DNA of 64,000 nucleotides, taken from positions 98,518,001 through 98,582,000 of the forward strand of contig OZ024741.1 of assembly GCA_964016885.1 (NCBI GenBank), read 5' to 3'. How positions within the stretch are numbered: position 1 is the first letter of the stretch; every line of letters begins with the position of its first letter. Shown here piece after piece: positions 52,870 through 64,000 of this stretch. A program made the translations under genes and the position numbers. The notes under the pieces were generated by a model. That model made no database searches and was not told the origin of the DNA. It saw only the letters and a list, made by a program, of their open reading frames with translations. The stretch is from Eledone cirrhosa (Eukaryota).

Positions 52870-53300
52870 CCACCATCATAACCAACATCACCACCACAAC
52901 CATCACCTAACATCAGCACCAGCATAATTAATAACAACACTACCACTACCACCACCATTAGCACCAGCATCATCACCACCACTACCGCCGCCATCAACAT
53001 CATCATCATCACCTACCAGTAGCACTCGCCCCATCACTACCACCACCATTACCACCACTACCATCACTACCACCAACATCGTCATCACCATCATGATCAT
53101 CGCATACCAGCGGCACTCACCCATCACTGCCACCACCATTACCACCATCAACATCGTCATAATCATGACCATCATTACCACCATCACTACCATCCCCATG
53201 ATCATCACCATCAACAACACCATCATTCTCAGCATTATCATCGTCACCGACGTTATCACCATTATTATAATCATCATCATCTTCTTTGTTATTATTAGTG
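52870..53300. repeat. Degenerate (CAC/CAT)n low-complexity tract
   Basis: Mixed trinucleotide repeats. Confidence 0.85.
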
Positions 53301-53308
53301 TCATTAGA

Positions 53309-53500
53309 GGGTGGTGGATTGGCTGTATCAGTAGAGCGTCAGATACCATGCTTTGCAGCATAGAGTTATGACCCTTTACGTTCTGAGTTCAAATATCGCC
53401 GCGGTTAACTCTGCCTTTCATCCTTACAGGGTCGATAAAATAAAGTACCAGTAATGTACAGGGATAACAGCTGGCCTTGTGCCAAAATTAGAAACAATTA
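53309..53500 (+). mobile_element. tRNA-derived SINE, family A
   Basis: Complete head, B-box GAGTTCAAAT, core and tail. Confidence 0.85.
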
Positions 53501-53906
53501 TTACAACTATTTGTATATATAATGATTAGGCAAAAACACTATATCGCCTGTATCTAGATTCACCCTATTCTTTTGTAATTTTTCAGTTTAAACCCTTCGG
53601 TTCTTCTGCATATTTCATAACTCACCTGCACTACGAGATGATGAGGGAGCTTTTACGTAGTTGTTCTTCGATATGCTAGAAACAGAAGTCAAATCTCACT
53701 CGTGGTTTATCCGTCTATCAATACAAACCGAAAGGTACATTAAATAATGTAACTCTAGTTATATAAACTCTGTAAAAATGAAATGGCCAATGTTGGTTAG
53801 TCCACGATCGAAAGTCTGTTCTATCAGAACTAACAACAACTGCCCCCGTAAATGTTATACAGTATTCCAGTAATTGCCTAGAATCGATGCCATCATATAT
53901 AACCCG

Positions 53907-53998
<92 letters not shown>

Positions 53999-54259
53999 CA
54001 CACCCTTTCTCTCGCTTCATCTGCATCACTAGAAAAAAAACAATATCTTTTATCAAACCAATCCCTCACATGATAAGGATGTTGTTGATTATGTTCATGA
54101 TGAAAATTGATGACGAAGTTCATGATGATGATGATAATAATTATGATCATCATCAATCTTGTCATCATCATCATCATCATTATCATAAGCGTTATGAGGG
54201 AAATCGTTAAAGTGTTAAGGTAAAACAATTTGCCTTATATAATTTATCACCTTTCCATT

Positions 54260-54722
54260 ATGAGTTCAAATTCCGTCACACCGATATTAACTTTGCTTTT
54301 CATCCTTCCTTGGGTCGATACAATAAAGCACCAGACATGAACTGGTGTCGAATTGTGTGACTACAGCCACTGTGCCACCATTATGTTTCACTACCATCAC
54401 CGTCAACATCAACATCACTGCCATCACAGTTGCCTCCGTCAAGATCAACATCATAAACCTAATCATCAAAGTCATGATAATCGTCGCTGTTTTCATCATC
54501 ATCATCAACGTCATTATCATGATCATTGTCATCATCATCCCCACCATCCCCACCATCCCCACCATCCTCCTCCTCATCATCAGCATTATTATTATTACTA
54601 TTATCAGCACAGCCATTAACCAAAATACCTTTTTCATAATCATTATCATCTTCGTCGATAAAATAAAGTACCAGTAATGTACTGGGATAATTGCTGGCCT
54701 TGTGCCAAAAGTAGAAACAATT
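54260..54722 (+). mobile_element. Family A SINE fragments separated by a (CAT)n tract
   Basis: B-box and core at 54260-54345; core end and tail at 54655-54722. Confidence 0.65.
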
Positions 54723-55652
54723 ATCATCTTCGTCGTCTTCGCTGGCTTTGTTGACGTAAGCGTTTGTCAATATCCATAACTATGTTAAGATGTTCCAACG
54801 GAGAATCTTTTTCGACGTGGATCTATATTTCAAATGGAATACAAATTACTGTACCAAACTTAACATGCCTGCGGCATAATTTTCCTTCGATGTTTCAAAT
54901 CTAAAATCAGTTGTAGTTAAAACCATTCTGTCACTTCAACTTTAATTGCAACACAGAACTGGTATTAGGGGCAATCATAACAGCAATGAATGTTGGCAAA
55001 TGCTGATGTTTACAGAATTTCTTTTTTTCTTTTATGTTCTTTCGTTGCCTTTTAACGATTATCCGAATGATTATGAAGTTTGATTCACAGTCATAAGTTT
55101 CGTGGTTCAATTGTCCTGCATGCCATATTCGACACATAACATTTACTATCGCCTCGAGTTGACCCAAGCCTTGCTGATAATTTTTATTGAAACCCCTTGG
55201 AAGGACTCTACCAGTAATTCAAATGACTAGTCTTGTCATACACTGTCACTCTATCATTCCCTGGGAAGTTAAGAGTATAAATATCTGTGGAATATTCAAC
55301 CACTTACATATTAATTATACGGTGATACAACTGAAATACTAATCGCCGAAACCAGCGGACGTCCATTTAGTTTTACTTTACATCTATTCAATTGTATTGA
55401 AGTTCGAGGAAAGGCCATGTTAGGCTCGGGGTGATGTTTGAATAAGATGCACCAATTTCCTAATCTAAATGATCTAGAACAGCAATTCTAACTCGTTTTG
55501 ATCTAACGTTATTATCTTTCCATGGTGATTAAAAATGTTAATGACATACATTGGTGTTGGTAAAGTTAATGTTTGTCGCCATCGGCATTGGTTTGTTTAT
55601 TTGATTGAAACTAATTAGTGTAAGTTGGTGTAACCGTTCATTCATGGAAAAT

Positions 55653-55749
<97 letters not shown>

Positions 55750-56119
55750 GTTTATGTATAGCTAGAGAAAATGTGGAGAGTAAAGATAAAACAAAGCGAA
55801 GACAAAGCGAAAAATATTTCATATAAATATTTTTCATAAAAATATATATTTTTTTATAACATTTAGAATAATGGTAAAACTGTATCCGACACAATGTTCC
55901 CGATGTTAAACTTTCAGTGTAAGAATTATTCCTGTTGTTTTCCTTCTAAGAACCCCTTTCAAGTAATCGTAAAAATGACTTAAAGTGAACACTTATATTT
56001 CTGTATTGTAACATATTCACAGATAGGTAGACTGGCTCATAGAAAGTTTGGTTGGTTTGACAGCGTTGTATTTAGCAGAGGGAAAAGAATAGGAATTGTT
56101 ATCCTTCATAACATCATAT

Positions 56120-56290
56120 CATTATCCGACAGACAGAATCGTTAACGCTGTTTACGCTCTGAGTTCTAACCACGGCAAGGTCAATTTTGTCTTTCATACT
56201 TCAAGTTGATAAAATAAAGTACAAGTTAACTACTGGGATGATTTAATTGACTTGCCCCTAATTTTCCGGCCTTGTGCCAAAAATTGAAAT
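56120..56290 (+). mobile_element. Degenerate family A SINE
   Basis: CTGAGTTC..TCTTTCAT..GATAAAATAAAGTAC..GGCCTTGTGCCAAAA. Confidence 0.65.
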
Positions 56291-57649
56291 ATCATCATAC
56301 GGAATAGATCAATTATGATTCCCAGTCACACGTCCAAATCTTTGAACTCTTCCTTAAGTATTTTTGGCAGCGTAAAATTATTTTGTGTACTCCTGTTTGT
56401 TTTCGCTTCGTCCCCAGATTTTCTCTTTAAATCAGTTTGGATATTTTACACGCTGATATAGTTTCTGGCTCTGGTTTGTAGTCAAATTATATTGCAGTTA
56501 GTATAAATTAAGACTTATATTATCGCTCCATTCTTTAAAGACAAATCGAAGTCCTTATTTTTTTTTTCTTTTGTGGGGAATAAAAATTCTCTCTTATATC
56601 AACCTCCTTTTTCGACAGAGGATGAAAGGCAGCGATATTTGAACGTAGAACGTAAAGAAAGGCAACTAAATACGTTCAACAGGTTTTAACTATCGCTTAT
56701 TTTCAAAAGGTTATTTAAGTGCAGTTCTGAGAATCTTTTTTAGTACGCTTTTAATGGCAGGAGCCTGGTGTAAAGTTCACCGTGGTTCTTTATTTACACT
56801 TCAAGGAGTTCAAAAGATATAAAAAGAATGGATAACAGGTAAATATCTTCGGTAAGGGAATGAATAATGCTAGAAGTAGCAATTGTTTGCGATTATTTTT
56901 CACAGGTGTCCATTTTTTTTTCTCTTTTTATTTTACTGCTAACATTTATCGATAAGCTTATAAATTACCTATACTAAAAAAGAAAGAAAAAGCTCCTTTT
57001 CTACTTAATAGAAATTAAATAGACATAAAAATACTTAAATGGCCTGAACTTGGTTGGTTCCGATCCGGAAATGACACGAAATAATGCAAGTAGATTTCAA
57101 ACGATAGAAACTAAAGGTATATGTAATTTTATATCAACGATATTTAATAGTAGTATCATGGTTTACAAACACACGGAGAGAGAGAGGGAGTGAGAGGGGG
57201 GGGGGCAAAGAGAGAGAAACGCATTAATACACACGCACACATGCACGCACACATACATGCATTCATACGTACATAAACACATACATAAACCTCATACCCA
57301 AGTACATATATTGCATATATCTAAGTATAGTATATGAAGCTGTATAATGCATAATAAATCAACAGTTCCTCTATTGAATGATGTATAGTATTTTGGTCTG
57401 TTTTATTATTCAAATTAGTCCATAAAATTATAAAGTGCTCATTCGAATGTAGCGAAGCGTTACCGGCTAATGCAAAGGATTTAGTAAATCTATAACTCAC
57501 AAGCTCCCATTTTTATAGTTCTCAATCAATTGAAAATATGATTATGGATGAAATCGATACAATAACATTCGTGTGAGGAAACGTGGAAACGCCTAGTTGT
57601 GATTCATCAACTTCATCCTGTTCCGCACTTTTCCTATCTCAGGACATCC

Positions 57650-57768
<119 letters not shown>

Positions 57769-58782
57769 TATGAATGTATGTATATATCATCGTTTTCAAT
57801 ACAGGTGTTTATGATCTCACCGAAATTATTCCGTTAGACATCTAACTGTGTAATATTACGGCTGATTACTCACCTGTTCTGAGTGTTGGTAAGACATATG
57901 TTCTAATTGTGATATTATATTCCTCCTTCGCTTGAGAGACGACAGATGTACGTGATAGTAGATATACTGGAAATGATAAGTGTTGCTTTGTTTTTATTGT
58001 TGCTTTATTAATTTCTACATACCATACACTACCTAGCAATATCACAGTTGAATTAAGGAATCTATAAACTACTGAATGTACGAAAAATTGTTGCTTAGAA
58101 ACAGCACTATGAAAGTGAAATAATCCAATGAAAGTTTCATTGTGACAAATCTAAAATTAATCGTAGTTTTTTCCTGCAGTCTCTTTTATTCTTGCCAATG
58201 AATATCTGACCTAAATTAGGAAAGTTTTCCCAAGGTCTGCAATAACTAATGTGAAAAGAATAATGAGGAATTAATGAGGTTTTCAGAATAGAACTCAATA
58301 CAAAACCCTTAATATCTATCACATGCTTTGTAACATGTCCTACTTAATACACCAAGATTTCGATAAACAAAAAATACATGATACTACTAGAATTCCCCTG
58401 TGATATACTAGATCTATTCGCTGTGTTAAGTTATTGATCTGGAAAAAGAGGACAGCAATGTAGATAAAAATATTGGACACTTTAGTATCTAATAAAAACT
58501 ATTAACCCTTCACAGTAATAGATTTCGTTTTATACAATGAAGCGATTTACAAAACGGCTTTCAAACTTTCAACATCAGGACGCACTTTATCAAAAACATA
58601 ATCCGACACAATCTTTTTTTAAAACTATTCCAATGTTGTGAGCTTAATATTTCATACATTTCTAAATGAAATATTCTTCAGGGTTTGTTTGCAGCACATC
58701 TCCATATGGCCTATCCCCTAATACATTTATGAACTAGTGTGCATTAGAAGGCAATGCACATGGGATATTAAATGTTAAGAAT

Positions 58783-58962
58783 AATTGTTTCTACTTTTGG
58801 CACAAGGCCAGCAATTACTGAGTACATTACTAGTACTTTATCGACCCCGTAAGGATGAAAGGCAAAGTTAACCTCGACGGGATTTGGACTCAGACCGTAT
58901 AGGGACGTAACTATGCTGGAAAGCATGGCGTCCGACCCTCTACCGATACTGCCAATTCACCA
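58783..58962 (-). mobile_element. tRNA-derived SINE, family A, with TSD
   Basis: Full copy. AAATGTTAAGAA flanks both sides (~58770 and ~58966). Confidence 0.85.
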
Positions 58963-61607
58963 TTCAAATGTTAAGAAAAATGATAACAAACATGTGTCGC
59001 TGTTAGGTTGATTCGGATTCATCGCCGCTGGCATCCGTCAATCCCTATCCATCATCATCAAATAAAAATCAAATATGATGCCATAAGAACGACACAAGAT
59101 ATCCTGCTCCAAATTAGTTATCTCAAATCTTTTGATGAAGGCATTTTATCCCGAAATATAAGAACTATCAAACAACTCTGATTTAACATTTCAACATCAT
59201 TCTTATGATTGTTTTTAACATTTTAAATAGTTTCTGCACTCTGCACAATGCATCAGATGACCTACAACACCCTCTTACTTTTTATTTCAGTTTTAGCAAA
59301 TATATAAGATGCAAATGATTTGTTCTGTAAGTTAGCAATGTTTGAGTTTAACATTTGTAACTGCTACTTCAGCAGATTCAACAAACTTACAGAAGTTAGA
59401 TTATTAAATAGAGGTGAAGGAGATATTATAATGTCATTAGTCTACCAGATCCTTATTCTATGCTCTTCTATATTTAAAGGTTTCATTACGTCTTGAATTT
59501 ATTTAGCGGCTTAGTTAGAGAAGAAATAGAAGAACCCACAGCGCTTTTAATGACATTCGAGTCAGATAGAAGGAAAAACGTTAGCTATCTTGAGATTGGA
59601 AACCGAGCCCGAATAATTCCAGCAGATTTAACTCCGCTAAATACACCCAAAGGCTGCATGGATGTATCAATCCGGCGGCCGTTATGCCTACCACTTAATT
59701 CTATGTTTCCCTTTATCTAGCACTCGGAAAATACCAAATCGATTGAAAGTCTATTTTGTGGCTGGAATTCACTACCATGTGCAGTATTAGTTCTCCCTCA
59801 TGTAGGGCTAACATCTAGATGTTAAGGACTACTCTCTTAATTGAATCACTTGTGTGCGAATGTCCCATTCAGGTTAAGGCTGGATCTTTTCCTGTTTCAG
59901 TTAAAGCAATTGAATGAAAAATAGAAACGCTTTTAGGCCATTGGATTTCAACAGAATAGTTCTTCATCGGATGAATCATGTTTAACTGATTCTCTTGAGG
60001 CCAATATCTTCCTTCACGTTATTATGGCTTTTGATTGTGGCATGAAAAAAACCTTAAGTGGTATAACTCAACTAGAATTAGAACTTTTATAAATGCTAGC
60101 ACTTTTGAGACCTTCTCATATTTCATTTATTTGGAGATCAGCTACCGGATATATTGTTTTCAATATAAGAAAATCAACACCTACGCTGGCATATAACGAC
60201 CTGATTTCCAAGCCACCACTGAGTATATGAGAGACATAACACAGTATTGTAGTATAACAAAAACTTGTGACAAAATCCATTAGCGTGTGGTGTAACAAAA
60301 AAGGTCTTTCACTACCTGCACACCAAACACATTAGTTTTATTATAAAAAAAGCTTGCTGGTCATGCAGCCATTCACTACATGACGATCAAACGCATTAGA
60401 TTGCAGTATAAACCAGACTTAATTTTCATACAATTAGTGATTATGTGAATATTACCGCAGACTACATTTTTATATATGAAAGGAAGCAAACAAATATTGC
60501 ATTGTAATGGAGTAATCACTAATGCGAAGAGCACGTTAATTTTAATTAACTAGGAATATACTCACATTGAGGAGAGAGAAACACGGTTAAATAATGTTTA
60601 GCAAACTAAAATAAAGTTAAGAACGACAACTGGAAATCAAAAAGAGGAAATACAAAGAATTGGGTCAGAATATCTAAATACGAACAACAACGCTCTGGTA
60701 CAAAGAATAAGTTAATGGAATTAACCCGAGCGTGAATCGAACCTGAGTTACAGAATAGTTTAGCAGGATACTTATTCTTAGTTTGCGGTGATACCGGCAC
60801 TAATTTCATTTGACTCTGTACGAAAGGTGACATCAAACTTAATTTGATTTATAAGAGTGACATTTTGTCTCTTATTTTCCTGTTAGCTTTCATGTTTTCT
60901 GTCGATGGTTTTGTCATCAGTTACCATAGAATACATGGTTATAATGGAGTTCTTCTCACTGTTGTAACTATTGCTGTTGTTGTTACGGTTGTTTTGTTTT
61001 GTTTTTGATATTTTTATAGTCTATTTGTTCTTGTTATTGATGTTAACATCTTGATGCTGTAGTCCTTCATATCTTCTTTTTTTTTACTAATATTGTTGTT
61101 AAAGTTTCGTTGTTGCTGTTCTTTACACTTTTCTACTTGTTGGCGTAGTTGTTGGCGTTGTTGTTCTTATTCTTGTTGCTGCTGCCAATGATGTATCTAT
61201 GGTAACAACAAGTAATGATCTTGCGTTAGGCTTTTAAAGTAAAGAAAGCAAATTTAGTTGAAACAAATGGACAAAACTGAAGTGATGGATAGAGGGGAAG
61301 GAATGGAGTGGCAATGAGACAGAGAGTAAGAGAAAGCGGAGAGAGAGAGGGGGATAGAGAAAGTAATGACATAACCTGAGTAATAAATGAGGGAATAAGA
61401 CTGTGAAGGTGTGTCAGGGAGAGAGTGTGTTTGGGAGAGGCAGAGTTTAAGTTAGAAAGTAAATAACGTATGAGAGAAAGGGAAGGGTGAAAGTGATGTA
61501 AAGAGAAAAACGATGAAGACTTAGAAAGGGGATAGGAATTATGAGAGTGAGTGTGTGTGTGTGTGTGTTTGATGGAGAGAGGGAGAGGGGGAAGAGAGAA
61601 AGAAGGA

Positions 61608-61661
<54 letters not shown>

Positions 61662-62040
61662 AGAGTATGAATGATAAATATGATAATAATTAGGGAAACT
61701 CGTGAAGTAAATAGAGTTAGTGAAACGTGGGATGAGAATGAAAGAGAACCAATGCGGAGTTGTTAAAGAAAGAGAGGGAAATAGAGAAATCAAAGAAGAA
61801 ATACTGAAATGGAAAGAATTATTTTGAGATTATGAGAATGAGGAATAATATCCAAGAGAGACAAATGGAAACAAAATGAAACAGGTGAGAGCTGAGAAAT
61901 AAATATAGATAAACAAAGAGTACACGAGAGGTTAATTCAGAATGTAAAAGGCTGAAGAAAATGTGAAAGAAAGGTGACAAAGATTCGTAGAGAGAGAAGA
62001 GAAATAAATCTAAATTCAGAGTGTCCGTGGAATGGAATAG

Positions 62041-62137
<97 letters not shown>

Positions 62138-62711
62138 CAAAGAGACAAATGGAAAAGTCAAATTTAGTGTGTATATCTGCAGCAAAATTGTATAGACAGA
62201 GTCGGAAGAGATAAGGAACAATATAAAGACCAGCGTATAGGGTAAAGAGAAAAGGAATAAAGAAAAGATATGATTATTGAGTAACTTTAGTTGAAACAAT
62301 TCTGTTGCAGGCATTCTTTCAGGATTTCTGGCGACGAGAATAACGTATAAGACCTGGTTTCTTCTTACCTCCTCCCACTACCAACGCCTCTATGGGCCAA
62401 TCAAAATGCCTCTATTTGGTTGATTCTCATAATATAAATAAGCACAAAATCATCTCAAATCATTGCCTACCATGTTACAAAACCGAATGGCACATTGCAT
62501 GTTGTAACCCTAAAAACACTATCATTTTATTAAACTGCGGCCATGCTGGGGTATCACTATAAATGAATTTTAGTCGATCATATTAATCTACTGGACATAT
62601 TCTTTCTTGTTGTTCTTTTTCACGCCTGGTACTAATTTTGTTGATATGTTTCAGCAGAACTATTAAGTTAGAGGACATAAACAAAAAATTAAACCTAAGC
62701 GTAGCCCCTTT

Positions 62712-62759
<48 letters not shown>

Positions 62760-62774
62760 CTGAATATTCTTTAC

Positions 62775-63400
62775 AGGAGAGGGCCATCTCTTCAATGCTG
62801 TGCTGAACAGCCATGAGCCCACGCCTCGCTCTTGCATGCTGTTTTACAGATGTGACACACTCGGTGCTCTGGGACAGTCCTGAACGTAACTTCCTCCTTA
62901 TGCACTCTCATGTGCCGCTTGAGTCCAGCAGCAGACCTACAGGCTTTGGTGTAAAACTGACACAAATACTTCGAAGGCCTTTCAAGGAGGACACCACAAT
63001 AATTGGCCCAGACTGCTGATTGCTGTGAGTGCTTAAATGACTAGCAAGCCTGGCACGAGAAAGGATAACTTTTCCGTCTACATCGCCTTTCCTGAGTGCT
63101 CTTTTAAACACCAAATGTTGCATCCTTTTGACTTCAAAATGATCACAACCATTATAAACCAGACTACTCCAATCGGATCTACTCTCTGCCTCTTCTTCCC
63201 AATTCTCATCACTAATACCAAGTTTCTTCAGTTTGCCTTTGACAACATCCCAGAAACGTTGTCAAGTGTAAATGTTGCCACTTAATGTTTAAAATGCACC
63301 TTAGCCAGTTCTGGTGGAATGTTTCCAATGTCTTGTAATGATGTCGGTATGTGGTCCAATTCTCAGAAAGCAGTCAGGACACAGGATTGGTAGACACTTA
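62775..63400 (-). mobile_element. RTE-clade LINE 3' relic
   Basis: WTTYRHHYKTLETFHQNWLRCILNIKWQ matches the RTE thumb motif. A C2H2-like terminal finger CQFYTKACRSAAGLKRHMRVH follows. Deletions and frameshifts are present. Confidence 0.75.
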
Positions 63401-63871
63401 TATTAGTGCCAAACGTCCGATTATTTTATAGTTTAGTCATAGTATATTATAATATGTAGAATGGGCTTTGGCAGCTAAGGTTTTCCCCCGTGTAAGAACA
63501 AAAAGAGGAAGAGAGTGGAAAAACGAGAAGAAAGAAAATATAAATCAGAATGTGACAAAAATAGATAGAATATAATTATTGGAGTAAACAGCTTCACGGA
63601 CTGTGACTATTGTTGCTTATTCAAAGGCTAGCTCTCATTCCGCAAGCCTATAATCAAAGGCATTACTGCTGTATTCATACCGGATGTTTAAAGCATAGTT
63701 TCCGCTCAGGTGTTGCTGCAACGTTAACGTGGTCACTCTGCAACCCTGCAGTTATGAGTTCAGTCCAACTGCACCACAACTCGTACAAGCACCTATGGTT
63801 GATCAATGGGATTGTGAGCAATTTTGGTTGGCGGAATCCGTATCGAAATCCGTCGTATGTATGTATGGGTG

Positions 63872-63914
<43 letters not shown>

Positions 63915-64000
63915 CTGTGTGTGCTGTGCGAGAGTACGACGATCCCCTGGCGAGAATAGGATAGACGACTACACATAAATAGTAGTGACCTGAATGGTAC

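Overview
An AT-rich, gene-poor eukaryotic region packed with (TA)n/(CA)n/(GATA)n microsatellites and transposable elements. The SINE types and repeat landscape suggest an invertebrate, plausibly an octopus-like cephalopod (inference). No host gene could be supported. The recognisable elements are: four Penelope-like element (PLE) copies or relics (RT + C-terminal GIY-YIG, three with inverted pseudo-LTRs); three Tx1/L1-type LINE 3' ends, all in (GATA)n; RTE relics; two tRNA-SINE families; and mariner derivatives. The most notable signal is a dense set of hammerhead-ribozyme (HHR) motifs, about 15 in several unrelated families. They include a ~430-440-bp non-coding, greater-than-unit-length retrozyme-like element at three loci, a core-intact HHR with a long loop II, and an HHR split by a GT-AG intron-like insert. 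All calls were made by eye and boundaries are approximate.
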